Source: an uncultured Verrucomicrobiota bacterium (GTDB taxonomy: Bacteria; Verrucomicrobiota; Verrucomicrobiia; Chthoniobacterales; JACTMZ01). From it: a stretch of DNA of 64,000 bases. Below the pieces are notes generated by a model. That model was not told the DNA's origin and made no database searches. It saw nothing but the letters and a program-made list of their open reading frames with translations. Location of the stretch: positions 12 to 64,011 of the forward strand of contig CAIZMQ010000114.1 of assembly GCA_903934135.1 (NCBI GenBank), given 5' to 3'. Of this stretch, positions 26,731 through 37,048 are shown piece after piece; positions within the stretch are counted from its first letter, which is position 1; each line of letters starts with the position of its first letter. Position numbers and translations under genes: made by a program.

Positions 26731-28155
26731 ATGGCCGCGAAGCAGACAGTTCTGGTCGTCGATCCCGATCCCGACTTCCTTGATTGGGCCCGCAGCCAGC
26801 TGGCCGCCGAGGATGTCCGCGTCCTTACCGCGGAAAGCTCCGAAGAGGCCTTCAAAATTTTCTGCGCGGAGAATCCCCTCATTGTCATAACCGAGATGAG
26901 GCTCGGCACCCACAGCGGCTTGGAATTGCTCGCCCGTCTGCGCAAGCGTGATGCCAACGCGCTGGTCGTCATCACCGGCGCCCTCGGCACCACGCAAAGC
27001 GTCATTGAATCGATGCGCCTCGGCGCCTTCGATTTCGTGCGCAAGGAGCAGTTGCCCTTCAATCTCAAAATCGTGGTCGATGCCGCGCTCAAAGCCGCCG
27101 CCGAAATGCGCCTGGCCAAACCTTTCGAACCCACCCTCAGCCTCGAGCAGCACCAGGACAGCATCGTCGGTCAGTCCGCCGCCATGCAGGAGGTTTTCAA
27201 AATGGTCGGACGCATTTCGAACAGCGATGCCGCCGTCATGATCACCGGCGAAAGCGGCTCGGGGAAGGAACTCGTGGCCCGGGCCATCCACCAATACAGC
27301 GCGCGGCATGACCGTCCGTTCCTTGCCATCAATTGCGCGGCCATTCCGGAAAACCTCCTCGAAAGCGAACTCTTCGGTCACGAAAAAGGTTCCTTCACCG
27401 GGGCCAGCGCCCAACGGATCGGCCGCTTCGAGCAATGCGACGGCGGCACCCTCTTTCTCGACGAGATCGGCGACATGCCGCTCTCCATCCAGAGCAAACT
27501 CCTGCGCGTCCTGCAGGACGGGACGTTCTCTCGCGTCGGCGGCAACCAGACCATCCAGACCGATGTACGCATCGTAGCCGCGACAAACAAAAACCTCGAG
27601 GCCGAGGTGGCTGACAAAAAGTTCCGCGAGGATCTTTTTTACCGGCTCAACGTCGTCCGCCTGCACCTCCCGCCGCTGCGCAGCCGCAAGGAGGACATCC
27701 GTCTTCTCGCCGAATACTTCCTCAAACGCATCGCAACACAAAAACTCAAACCGCAGCTCCAGCTGAGCAAGGAATCGGTCGAGTTGCTCGAGAACCATCC
27801 TTGGCCGGGCAACGTCCGTGAATTGGAAAACACCATCCAGCGGGCCGCCGTCCTCTCGACCAGCGACGTCCTCCTGCCCAAAGACCTTCCGCTGGGACAG
27901 GCCGCCGCCGCGCAACCCGGCGAAGCTGCGGTTGCTCTCCCCGCACCGGCCAATCTCGACGAGGCCGCACGCGTCCTTTTCGCAGCGGCCGCCGCGCAAC
28001 CCGGACTCGAACTGCTCCCTTGGCTCGAGCAGGAATTCACCCGCCGCGCCATGGAGTCCACCGGGAACAACCAGTTGCGCGCGGCCAAGCTTCTCGGCAT
28101 CACCCGCGCCACCCTGCGCAAACGCCTCGAGCATTTGCGCGGCGCCCTCGCGTGA
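26731..28155 (+). CDS. Sigma-54-dependent response regulator (NtrC family)
   Basis: Receiver domain (VLVVDPDPDF...). AAA+ sigma-54 interaction motifs GESGSGKELVARAIH and ESELFGHEKGSFTGA. C-terminal Fis-type HTH (AAKLLGITRATLRKRL). Confidence 0.9.
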   Translation: MAAKQTVLVVDPDPDFLDWARSQLAAEDVRVLTAESSEEAFKIFCAENPLIVITEMRLGTHSGLELLARLRKRDANALVVITGALGTTQSVIESMRLGAFDFVRKEQLPFNLKIVVDAALKAAAEMRLAKPFEPTLSLEQHQDSIVGQSAAMQEVFKMVGRISNSDAAVMITGESGSGKELVARAIHQYSARHDRPFLAINCAAIPENLLESELFGHEKGSFTGASAQRIGRFEQCDGGTLFLDEIGDMPLSIQSKLLRVLQDGTFSRVGGNQTIQTDVRIVAATNKNLEAEVADKKFREDLFYRLNVVRLHLPPLRSRKEDIRLLAEYFLKRIATQKLKPQLQLSKESVELLENHPWPGNVRELENTIQRAAVLSTSDVLLPKDLPLGQAAAAQPGEAAVALPAPANLDEAARVLFAAAAAQPGLELLPWLEQEFTRRAMESTGNNQLRAAKLLGITRATLRKRLEHLRGALA

Positions 28156-28934
28156 AAAGCGCCCCGCGCGCCTGGCTCCGAAGCAACGGCTCATGGCAGC
28201 CGGATGCCACCCTTCCCCTGACCGACCGCGGGGCCCGCTACGGCATGTCCGTCTTTGAAACCATCGGAATTCGCGCGGGCCAGCCGCTTCTCCTGGCCGA
28301 ACATCTCGCCTTGCTTGCCGCAAGCGCTGCGGACCTCCTCGGCACAACCTTGCCCGAAATCCAACTGCCTGCCTTGGCCCCCGACGCCACCGGTATCCTC
28401 CGCCTCTACTTCACCGCCGGTGACGGAGCTCCCACCGCACCGGTTGGCGAACCACGGCTCTTCGCCCTTTTCGAACCGCACGATCCCGCCGGCATTCCGG
28501 ACGAACAAACCGCGCGTTTGCACCCCGAACCGGTTACCCCTTTTGCGCACGGACGAAAAACGGCAAACTACTGGCTGAATTGCGCCGCGCAGACCGCGGC
28601 CCGGAAGGCCGGGGGCGATCATGCCCTCCTCGCCAACCACGAAGGGAACCTCCTTTCCGCCGCCTTCGGCAACATCTTCTTCGTCCTCGGCGGCGAACTC
28701 TGCACCCCTTCACTCGCCCTCGACGTCCGCGCCGGGGTCATCCGTTCCCGCCTCATGCAAAGTCAGACCGTGCGCGAAGTGGAATTTCCCGCCGCGCGCC
28801 TCCCCGAAGCAAGCGAACTCTTCCTGACCAACAGCCGGCTCGGGGTCATGCCCCTGCAATACGAAGGCATCACCCCCGGCCCCCTCGGCCGCGCCTTGCG
28901 TGCGACCCTCCTCCGCGAAAACATCGTGCCGTGA
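28152..28934 (+). CDS. Class IV aminotransferase-fold protein (aminodeoxychorismate lyase-like)
   Basis: RGARYGMSVFETI, KTANYWLN and NIFFVLGGELCTP are typical of fold-type IV PLP enzymes. The GTG start overlaps the upstream stop. Confidence 0.7.
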   Translation: MKSAPRAWLRSNGSWQPDATLPLTDRGARYGMSVFETIGIRAGQPLLLAEHLALLAASAADLLGTTLPEIQLPALAPDATGILRLYFTAGDGAPTAPVGEPRLFALFEPHDPAGIPDEQTARLHPEPVTPFAHGRKTANYWLNCAAQTAARKAGGDHALLANHEGNLLSAAFGNIFFVLGGELCTPSLALDVRAGVIRSRLMQSQTVREVEFPAARLPEASELFLTNSRLGVMPLQYEGITPGPLGRALRATLLRENIVP

Positions 28935-31900
28935 ACCACGAGTTTCTTTCCGCCGGCGAGGCCAGTGCCGCCGCGCGGGCCTGGCTCGAGGCCGTCCGCC
29001 GCGGGGCGCCCGCCGTGGCCGGAGGCGCCGCCGCCCCGGCCCAGCCGTTCCTTGCCGCATGGTTGGCCGCCAATCTGCAGCGGCCGGTCTGCGTGATCTG
29101 TGCCGACGTCAAACGTCAGGAAGAATTCCACCACGACCTGCAATTCTGGAACCAACGCGCCCTCTTCGTGCCGGACCTCGAACTGGCCGCCGCTGGCGTG
29201 GGCAACCCGGATCCGGAAATGGCCGCCGCCCGCCTCGCCGCACTGCGCGAACTCGACACCGACCCGCCGCCGCTCATCGTGGTCACCGCCGCCGGACTCG
29301 ATCATCCCGCGCCCTCGCGGCAAAAGTTGGCCGGCGACACCCTCACCCTCCGGCGGGGAGAAGCGCTGCCGCTGGCGGACTTGGTCGCGCAGTTGGACCG
29401 CACCGGCTTCACCCGCGTGCCCACGGCAGCGCAACGCGGCCACTACGCCGTGCGCGGCGGCATTGTCGACGTCTTCCCTTGGCAAACCATCCTGCCTTTG
29501 CGCCTCGAATTTTTCGGCGATGAGATTGAATCCATCCGCTCCTACGATCCCGACTCCCAGCGCTCGGTCGAAACACTCGAAAGCGGCGAACTTGGCCTCG
29601 GGGACGGCGGCGGGGCGGATGACTCCACCTTGCGCGCGCACTTTGCGCCCGACACGCTTTTCCTCTCGATCGAAGACGCGGCCCCCGAAGCGCCGGCCCG
29701 ACTGCATTCCGGCCCCGTGCTGGCCGATGACGAAGACCTCGACATCCTCGCCACCGATCACCCGCTCGGGGATTTCGCCGCCGGGGACATCGTTCTTCTC
29801 GAGCAACGTCGCCGCGATCTTTTCCGCCAGATCGCGCAATGGCAGGCCGACGGATGGACGGTACGCATCGTCTGCGCCAACGAAGGCGAGGCGACCCGGT
29901 TGCGCGAGTTGGCCGCATCCGGGGAGACCACCCCGGGCGAACTGCCCGTGCTCTTCGGCACCCTGACCCGCGGATTCACCCTGCCGGAAGCCAAACTGGC
30001 CCTCCTCACCGATGCCGAACTCTTCGGCCGCGCCGCCAGCCTCGAACAACGTCGGGGCGGATGGGCCCGCGCCCGCGCCGCCCTCTCGCGCCAGACTTTG
30101 CGCTTCGATGATTTCGAGACAGACGACCTCGTGGTCCATCTCGATTACGGGATCGCGCGCTACCGCGGGCTGCAGGTCTTGCCCGGACAAGAGGACGCCG
30201 GTGAAGTCCTCACCCTCGAATTCGCCCGCGGGTCGAAACTCTACGTGCCGCTCGAGCAGGGGTGGAAAGTTTCCCGTTATGTCGGGGTCGGACGGAAAAA
30301 TCCCGCGCTGAGCGAACTCGGGGACGGCCGCTGGCAACGCGCGCGGAGCAAAGCAGAAAAGTCCGTCCTCCTTTACGCCGAGAAACTCCTCCGCGTGCAG
30401 GCCGAGCGGGAACTCGAGACCGGCGTCGTCTTTCCCCCGGACAACACTTGGCAACGCGAATTCGAAGACTCCTTCCCCTTCGACGAAACCCCCGACCAAC
30501 TCCGCGCCATCATCGACGCCAAAAAGGACATGGAATCGACCAAGCCGATGGATCGCCTCATCTGCGGCGATGTCGGCTTCGGGAAAACCGAAGTCGCCAT
30601 CCGCGCCGCTTTCAAAGCCGTCATGGGCGGCCGGCAAGTCGCCCTGCTCGCCCCCACCACCGTGCTCGCCCAACAACACTGGCAGACCCTGCGCGAACGG
30701 ATGTCCGACTACCCCGTCGCCGTGGGATTGCTCAGCCGCTTCCGCACGGTCAAACAGCAAAAACAGACGCTGGCCGGACTGCGCGACGGCAGTGTCGACA
30801 TCGTGGTCGGCACCCACCGCCTGCTCGGCAAAGATGTCTCGTTCAAAAACCTGGGACTCGTCGTGGTCGACGAGGAACAGAGGTTCGGCGTATTGCACAA
30901 GGAACGGCTCAAAGAAAACTTCCGCGGCGTCGACGTTCTCACCCTCTCGGCCACCCCCATCCCGCGCACCCTCTATCTTTCGCTCCTCGGGGCGCGCGAC
31001 ATGAGCACGATCGAGACGCCGCCGGCCAACCGCATTCCGATCGAGACCGTCATCTGCGGCTATGACGAACGCCTCATCCGCGACGCCATCCAACGCGAGC
31101 TGACCCGCGGCGGTCAGGTCTATTTCCTGCACAACCGGGTCAAATCCATCGGCCTCCTCGAAAAGCGCCTCAAGGAACTCCTGCCCCGCGCGCGCATCCT
31201 GACCGGACACGGACAAATGCCCGAGGAGGAACTTGAAGACATCATGGCCACCTTTGTCGCCGGCCAGGCCGACATCCTGCTCTGCACCACGATCATTGAA
31301 AGCGGCCTCGATATTCCCAACGCCAACACCATCATCATCGACCGCGCCGACCGCTTCGGCCTGGCCGACCTTTACCAATTGCGCGGACGCGTCGGACGCT
31401 CCAACCACAAGGCCTACGCGTATCTCCTCCTGCCGCGCGACATGATGGGTGCGGGCGAGGCACGCCAGCGCATCGCGGCCATCCGTCAGTATTCCAGCCT
31501 CGGGGCCGGATTCCGCGTCGCCATGCGCGACCTCGAAATCCGCGGTGCCGGCAACATCCTCGGCACCGAACAAAGCGGGCACATTCTCGCCATCGGTTTC
31601 GAATTTTACTGCCGCCTGCTCAAAGCGGCGGTGGCCAAGCTCAAAGGCGAAAGGGCTCCCGGCCGGCCGGACATCAAGGTCGACCTCGACTTCATCGCGC
31701 CGGACCCCGCGACGGCCCGCGGGGGGCAACTTCCCTCCTGGATCCCGCCCGATTACATCGCCGAACCGAAGGAGCGCATCGCCGCCCACCGCGCCCTGGC
31801 CGAGACGGAAACCCTCGCCGGGCTCGACCAGCTGAAGAACCAGTGGCGCGACCGCTACGGGCGCCTCCCGCCACCCGCCCGGAATCTCCTCAAGACCGCC

Positions 31901-32077
31901 GCGGTCCGTCTGCGTGCCGCCGCGGCGAACATCGACCTGGTCGAAACAGAGGGAAAAGTCCTCCGCTTCCGCCGGGGGGGGGATTTTATCATGATCGGGC
32001 ACCGCCACCCCCGGCTGGACTCTGAAGATCCCGCCTTGAAATTGCGCCAGATTCTTACACTCTTGCAACAGTTGTGA
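28931..32077 (+). CDS. mfd: Transcription-repair coupling factor
   Basis: GDVGFGKTEVAIRAAF (Walker A), VVDEEQRFGV and LSATPIPRTL. Length is 1048 aa. The GTG start overlaps the upstream stop. Confidence 0.95.
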   Translation: MNHEFLSAGEASAAARAWLEAVRRGAPAVAGGAAAPAQPFLAAWLAANLQRPVCVICADVKRQEEFHHDLQFWNQRALFVPDLELAAAGVGNPDPEMAAARLAALRELDTDPPPLIVVTAAGLDHPAPSRQKLAGDTLTLRRGEALPLADLVAQLDRTGFTRVPTAAQRGHYAVRGGIVDVFPWQTILPLRLEFFGDEIESIRSYDPDSQRSVETLESGELGLGDGGGADDSTLRAHFAPDTLFLSIEDAAPEAPARLHSGPVLADDEDLDILATDHPLGDFAAGDIVLLEQRRRDLFRQIAQWQADGWTVRIVCANEGEATRLRELAASGETTPGELPVLFGTLTRGFTLPEAKLALLTDAELFGRAASLEQRRGGWARARAALSRQTLRFDDFETDDLVVHLDYGIARYRGLQVLPGQEDAGEVLTLEFARGSKLYVPLEQGWKVSRYVGVGRKNPALSELGDGRWQRARSKAEKSVLLYAEKLLRVQAERELETGVVFPPDNTWQREFEDSFPFDETPDQLRAIIDAKKDMESTKPMDRLICGDVGFGKTEVAIRAAFKAVMGGRQVALLAPTTVLAQQHWQTLRERMSDYPVAVGLLSRFRTVKQQKQTLAGLRDGSVDIVVGTHRLLGKDVSFKNLGLVVVDEEQRFGVLHKERLKENFRGVDVLTLSATPIPRTLYLSLLGARDMSTIETPPANRIPIETVICGYDERLIRDAIQRELTRGGQVYFLHNRVKSIGLLEKRLKELLPRARILTGHGQMPEEELEDIMATFVAGQADILLCTTIIESGLDIPNANTIIIDRADRFGLADLYQLRGRVGRSNHKAYAYLLLPRDMMGAGEARQRIAAIRQYSSLGAGFRVAMRDLEIRGAGNILGTEQSGHILAIGFEFYCRLLKAAVAKLKGERAPGRPDIKVDLDFIAPDPATARGGQLPSWIPPDYIAEPKERIAAHRALAETETLAGLDQLKNQWRDRYGRLPPPARNLLKTAAVRLRAAAANIDLVETEGKVLRFRRGGDFIMIGHRHPRLDSEDPALKLRQILTLLQQL

Positions 32078-33060
32078 TCACCGCTGTCCGCTTCCTGCCA
32101 GGTGCCCTTGCCCTCACCCTCGTCCTTCTCCCGCTGACCGCCCCGGGTCAGCAGCGCGACCGACTGGTCGACGGCATCGCCGCCGTGGTTAATTCAAACG
32201 CCATCACCTTCGGCCAAGTTCGCGAACTCCTCATGTTCCGCCAGCGGTCCCTCTCCGAAATGTATCAAGGAGACGAACTGCGCGCCAAAATGAAGGAATC
32301 CCAAGACGCCGCGCTCAAGGACCTCATCGACCGCCAGCTCATCATCGATTACTTCAACACCGAAGGTTTCCAAATTCCGGCCTACGTGGTCGAAGACCGC
32401 GTCAACACCATCATCCGTGAGGAATTCGGCGGCGACCGCCAGGCATTTATCCGCACCCTCAAGGCCCAGGGCTTCAGTCTCGGACGCTTCCGCGAAATCG
32501 AACGCGACAAAATCGTGGTGCAAGCGATGCGGCAGCGCGCCGTGCGGTCCGACTTCATTATCTCGCCCGACAAGGTCGACGCTTACTACCGCAAGAACCT
32601 CAAACAGTATTCCACCCAAGCGGAAATCAAGCTCAACATGATCGTCCTGCGGCCCGAATTCGACGGATCGGACAACCCGGTCGAAGCCAAACGCGCCATG
32701 GCCAAAGAAATACGCGAAAAGCTGGCCAGCGGCGGCGATTTTGCCGGCATGGCCCAAATGTATTCGGATGACAGCACGGCCGACTTCGGCGGCGATTGGG
32801 GGTGGGTCGACGAGAACACACTCACCGGATCGCTGAACAAAATCGCCTTCGACCTCGAACCGGGAACGCTGAGCGAGGCCATCCAAGTCGGGGACACCTT
32901 TTACATCATGCGCGTCGAAGCCAAAAAGCCGGCCGTGGTGCAGCCCCTCTCGGAAGTACGCGAGGAAATCACCAAGAAGCTGATCGAGGAAGAACGCATC
33001 CGCATGCAGGACCGCTGGATCGCCACCCTTCGCGAGAAAGCTTACGTCAAAATCTACTGA
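32074..33060 (+). CDS. Periplasmic SurA-like chaperone / PpiC-type peptidyl-prolyl isomerase
   Basis: Signal peptide, a SurA_N-like segment (DGIAAVVNSNAITFGQV) and a parvulin-like segment (GGDWGWVDENTL...FYIMRVEAKK). Confidence 0.7.
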   Translation: MITAVRFLPGALALTLVLLPLTAPGQQRDRLVDGIAAVVNSNAITFGQVRELLMFRQRSLSEMYQGDELRAKMKESQDAALKDLIDRQLIIDYFNTEGFQIPAYVVEDRVNTIIREEFGGDRQAFIRTLKAQGFSLGRFREIERDKIVVQAMRQRAVRSDFIISPDKVDAYYRKNLKQYSTQAEIKLNMIVLRPEFDGSDNPVEAKRAMAKEIREKLASGGDFAGMAQMYSDDSTADFGGDWGWVDENTLTGSLNKIAFDLEPGTLSEAIQVGDTFYIMRVEAKKPAVVQPLSEVREEITKKLIEEERIRMQDRWIATLREKAYVKIY

Positions 33061-33062
33061 GC

Positions 33063-33920
33063 GTGCCCGCGCGTCCCGTTCTCGGAATCACCACCGGCGA
33101 CCCGGCCGGGATCGGACCGGAACTCATCACCCGCTGCCTCGGCGACCCCGGACTACCCGTCGGCATCGACTTCCGTCTCATCGGTCGCGCAGACGGACAT
33201 CCCCCCGGGCAACCGACGCCCGCTTCCGCGCAAGCCGCGTGGGACGCCCTCGAGGAAGCCGCGCGGCTTCTGCAAGACGGCACCATCCAGGGCGTCGTCA
33301 CCGGCCCGGTCCATAAAGCCTCCCTCCACGCCCTCGGTTTTCCTTTCCCGGGGCAAACCGAATTCTTCGCCGCACGGGCCGGGGCAGAAAATTTCGCCAT
33401 GTGCCTGACCGGCGGACCGCTCACCGTGGTCCTAGCCACCGCGCACCTGCCCCTGCGCGAGGTGCCGCACTTGCTCCGCACAGAGGAAATCATCCGCACC
33501 GGGAAACTGCTCCACGCCTTTCTGCAACGCCGCCTCGGACGCTTGCCCCGCATTGCGGTAGCCGGACTCAATCCCCACGCCGGCGAAAACGGACAATTCG
33601 GCCAAGAGGAAAAAAACCTCATCGCCCCCGCCATCGAACAACTCGCCCGCGAGGGTGACTTCACCGGCCCGCACTCGCCGGACACCGTTTTCCATCGCGC
33701 CATGACCGGGGAATTCGACGGCGTCCTCTGCATGTATCACGACCAGGGATTGATCCCGCTCAAACTCCTCGCCTTCGACACCGGCGTAAACGTGACCCTT
33801 GGTCTGCCCCACCCCCGCACCAGCCCCGACCACGGCACCGCCTTCGACCTGGCCGGCACCGGCCGCGCCAACCACCAAAGCATGCTCGCCGCGATCCAAC
33901 TCGCGTCAGAGCTGCTTTGA
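33063..33920 (+). CDS. pdxA: 4-hydroxythreonine-4-phosphate dehydrogenase
   Basis: GITTGDPAGIGPEL, GLNPHAGENG, YHDQGLIPLK and TSPDHGTAFD. GTG start at 33063. Confidence 0.9.
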   Translation: MPARPVLGITTGDPAGIGPELITRCLGDPGLPVGIDFRLIGRADGHPPGQPTPASAQAAWDALEEAARLLQDGTIQGVVTGPVHKASLHALGFPFPGQTEFFAARAGAENFAMCLTGGPLTVVLATAHLPLREVPHLLRTEEIIRTGKLLHAFLQRRLGRLPRIAVAGLNPHAGENGQFGQEEKNLIAPAIEQLAREGDFTGPHSPDTVFHRAMTGEFDGVLCMYHDQGLIPLKLLAFDTGVNVTLGLPHPRTSPDHGTAFDLAGTGRANHQSMLAAIQLASELL

Positions 33921-33928
33921 CCGCAGTC

Positions 33929-33992
33929 GGTGGATCGCGCCGTCCCGGCGCGATACCCTCACGAAATGGCGATGGGGACCTCGCGGTCCACC
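33929..33992. repeat. Intergenic palindromic element, copy 2 (about 65 nt)
   Basis: GGTGGATCGCGCCGTCCCGGCGCGATA at 33929-33955 contains a perfect 9-bp hairpin (ATCGCGCCG-tcc-CGGCGCGAT). The distal arm CGCGGTCCACC (33982-33992) is complementary to the 5' end. It lies between convergent pdxA and cysH. Confidence 0.7.
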
Positions 33993-34031
33993 AAATCCCT
34001 CAACCTTCAACTCTCGACCCTCAACTCCCCC

Positions 34032-34769
34032 TCAAATCATATACTCTGGCCCGCCCGACAACTCGTGCAGACCGCACTCGCGCTTTAGTCCGCTAAAACG
34101 CGTGTCTTCCGCTTTCATCCCGTCGGCATACCGCACGGTGCTGTGCGTGTCGCCGATGCTGATGTAACCCTGTTCCCAGAGCGGATGATAAGGCAGACCG
34201 TGCTCGCGGAGGTATTCGCCCACTTGCCGGTCGGTCCAGTCGACGATCGGATGAATTTTGAGCACCCGGTTCTGGCGTTTGATCACGGGTAAATCTTCGC
34301 GGGTCGAGGCATGCTCGCGGCGCAGTCCGGCCATCCAAACGCTGGCCCCCAATTCTTGCAGTGCACGGTTCATCGGCTCGACTTTGTTCAGGCGACCGTA
34401 TTTCTCGAGCCCCTCGACCCCCTGCTCCCAAAGTTTTCCGTAAAGCGCCTCCTGACGCGCCGCGGTTAGCAAGGGCGAATAGACCTTCAAATTCAGCCCC
34501 AGCTTTTCCGTCAACTCGGCGGCAAACCGGTAAGTCTCGGCAAAAAGATAGCCGGTATCGACAAAGACGATGGGAATCTGCGGGTCGACCCGGGTGACCA
34601 AATGGAGCATGACGGCCGCCTGCACCCCAAAGCTCGTGCTCAGCGCGGCATGACCGCGGAACTCCTCGAGCGCCCAGCGCACGCGCTCCGCGGCGGATTG
34701 TCCCCCGAGATCGCGGTTCCAGACCGCGACTTGGGCATCGTCAAATTCGGGCTGGAGCGGCTTGGTCAT
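34032..34769 (-). CDS. cysH: Phosphoadenosine phosphosulfate (PAPS/APS) reductase
   Basis: PP-loop-family body ([24 protein letters not shown]) and a C-terminal ECGLH motif. Start at the ATG at 34769. Confidence 0.85.
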   Translation of the reverse strand: MTKPLQPEFDDAQVAVWNRDLGGQSAAERVRWALEEFRGHAALSTSFGVQAAVMLHLVTRVDPQIPIVFVDTGYLFAETYRFAAELTEKLGLNLKVYSPLLTAARQEALYGKLWEQGVEGLEKYGRLNKVEPMNRALQELGASVWMAGLRREHASTREDLPVIKRQNRVLKIHPIVDWTDRQVGEYLREHGLPYHPLWEQGYISIGDTHSTVRYADGMKAEDTRFSGLKRECGLHELSGGPEYMI

Positions 34770-34873
34770 CAAAAAAGGCCTTGCCGAATACGCCTCCCGG
34801 GCCCCTGCGGCAAGCAGCAAATAACCGGGAATTCCATGGACCACGGCCGGCCGGACGCGCCATAAAACATCCC

Positions 34874-37003
34874 GTGCCGCACCGTTCCATCTTGCCCCTT
34901 GCCCTCGGCGCACTGCTTTTTATTGCCGGTTGCGGAAAAAAAACTCCCCCGGTTCTGGTCGAAACAGACAACCCGTGGGCGGTTTGCGATTTTGCCCGCC
35001 ATATGCCGGCCTCGAGTGAAGCCTTTTTTTGGTGCCGTCACCCCGCCGCGACCTGGCCGGACATCGCGACCCCCGCGTCTCCCCTGCTCAACGATCCCGG
35101 ACTGCGCGAATCATGGCGAGGCACTGCACCGGGACGGCTCTTCAACGCATGGCTCGAAGCACCGCGCACCCCGGAAATCCTCACGGCCCTCGCTCCGGTT
35201 ACGAACGACGAAATCTTCCTTGCCCTCGGCAGCGGCACCGGATCGCAACTGGCCGCCCTGCAGCAGGTCAAACGACTCTTCGAGGTCGCGCGACTGCGCA
35301 ATCTCTTCACTCCGCAGCCCGCCGAAGATGCCCCGCCGGAGGGAAACATCCCGCTGGAATCCCTGCCCGAGGACCTCGCCGGGGCGGCCTTCACCGAAGT
35401 CATCACACCTCTCGCCCCTGCCATGCAGGAGGTGCTGGAAAAGTTCGTGCGCGATGCCACCATCCCGCCGCTCCTCATCGGCGCCAAACTGCCGCCCGAC
35501 TCCGCCCTGCCGCGACTGGTGCAGGAATGGGTGTCCACTCTTCCGGAAAAAATCCCGCGCGATCGCGTCGAGGCGGACGAGCACGGGAAGTTCGCCCGCG
35601 TGCGACTCCCCCTCACCCTGCTCGTGCCGACCAATGTCGCGGTGCGCGCGCGGGACATCCTCGCCGCAAACATCGGCGACCCATACGCCGCCACCTACAT
35701 TGTGCGCGACCTGCTGGCCAAGATCACCACGCTAGGATTCGGACACATGCACGGCTATTTCGTCATTTCGATCGGCACGGACTCCGGCCTGCCAACCTTG
35801 GCCGCCGGGCCCGCCGATGCCTTGCCCTCCACCCCCGTCATGCAACGCGTCGAACCCTTGCTCGCCGCGGGTGCCGACGCCGTATTCTACGCGGACCCTC
35901 TGGTTGTCAGCCTCGCCGCCGCTCCCCCTCCCGTCGCCGAATATCTCGAGGCCGCCCTTGAAGCGGCCTTGGAATTCGCGCCGGCCGAAACCATCGATCC
36001 CCTGCGCGCCCAAGCCGCCCCCCTCCGCGTGCAGGCGGCGGACCTTTTCCGGCCGCGGGTGTCCGCCGTCGGAGGCCTCGCCCGATACAAGGCAAATACC
36101 TGGCGCGCCGAAATCTTCGGCGGTTCCCTCGCTCCGCGCCTGGCCGTGGGCAACGCCGCCCCCTTGCTCGCGCCCGAGACGGGCGTGGATCTTTTGTGGA
36201 CCGAAAATTGGGAGGCCGGATACGTGCGGCGATTGACCGATTTCACCGCGGGGCTGGCTACCTTTGCCGGCGAGTGGACCAAAGCGCTCGGGCCGGTTTT
36301 CCTCGACGACCAACACCGGACTACGGTCGAAGCGCTTCTGCGCCTGGCCGCCGGACCATTGGAACAACTCAAACCCAAGGCCGGGCCGCTCCTCGAAACC
36401 GCGCTCGGAACGCAGGTCGCCCTGGCCGTTTCCTTTGATGGCTCCATGCCTCCCCCTCCGCTGCTGCCGCCCGCCGCCGCGCAGGCCATCTTGCCGCGCG
36501 TCGCCGTGGCCGCCGCCCTGCGGGATCGCGAAGCTCTGGGCCGCGGTTGGGAGGCAACAACCAAGGCGGGTGACACCTCACGCTGGCCGGCACCCGTGAC
36601 TTCGCCCGAGCCCGGCGGGGCCGTGACCTACGCCTACCCCTTGCCCCTGGGCGGACCCAATCTCGGTCTGGCCGTCACCATCGACCGCAACCGTTGGGTG
36701 CTCGGCAACTCCCGGGTTTTCAACCTGCAGGTTGCCGCGTCGCCGCCCACGGCAGCCAGCCGCGACGCGGTTCAGGCCGTGGAATTCCACACCGCACCGC
36801 TGGCCACCTTCGCCGCCGTCTGGGCCTCGGCCTTGGACGAGGACCCCTCGCTGACCGGGCTGACCGCTGGACTCATCCCTTCCGATCCGCAAACCCTATC
36901 CGCCGCGGCTGAGGTGCTGAAAACACCGCGCCGCTTCCGTTACGAAGCCCGCTGGGAGCAGGACATGCTGCACCGTGTGCTCGAGCTCTCGCCGGTTCCC
37001 TGA
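34874..37003 (+). CDS. Large hypothetical lipoprotein (709 aa)
   Basis: GTG at 34874 gives [20 protein letters not shown], a lipobox-like IAGC. The protein is Ala/Pro/Leu-rich and I recognise no domain. Confidence 0.55.
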   Translation: MPHRSILPLALGALLFIAGCGKKTPPVLVETDNPWAVCDFARHMPASSEAFFWCRHPAATWPDIATPASPLLNDPGLRESWRGTAPGRLFNAWLEAPRTPEILTALAPVTNDEIFLALGSGTGSQLAALQQVKRLFEVARLRNLFTPQPAEDAPPEGNIPLESLPEDLAGAAFTEVITPLAPAMQEVLEKFVRDATIPPLLIGAKLPPDSALPRLVQEWVSTLPEKIPRDRVEADEHGKFARVRLPLTLLVPTNVAVRARDILAANIGDPYAATYIVRDLLAKITTLGFGHMHGYFVISIGTDSGLPTLAAGPADALPSTPVMQRVEPLLAAGADAVFYADPLVVSLAAAPPPVAEYLEAALEAALEFAPAETIDPLRAQAAPLRVQAADLFRPRVSAVGGLARYKANTWRAEIFGGSLAPRLAVGNAAPLLAPETGVDLLWTENWEAGYVRRLTDFTAGLATFAGEWTKALGPVFLDDQHRTTVEALLRLAAGPLEQLKPKAGPLLETALGTQVALAVSFDGSMPPPPLLPPAAAQAILPRVAVAAALRDREALGRGWEATTKAGDTSRWPAPVTSPEPGGAVTYAYPLPLGGPNLGLAVTIDRNRWVLGNSRVFNLQVAASPPTAASRDAVQAVEFHTAPLATFAAVWASALDEDPSLTGLTAGLIPSDPQTLSAAAEVLKTPRRFRYEARWEQDMLHRVLELSPVP

Positions 37004-37048
37004 TTTGACCTTGTGACCCCGCACCGCGTCTCCTAATTTTTACGTCCC

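Noticed and set aside
28763-32068. 1101-aa minus-strand ORF.
   Set aside because: It is exactly antisense to mfd, which has Walker A, DEEQ and TRG-type motifs. The translation is Gly/Arg/Glu/Ala low-complexity.
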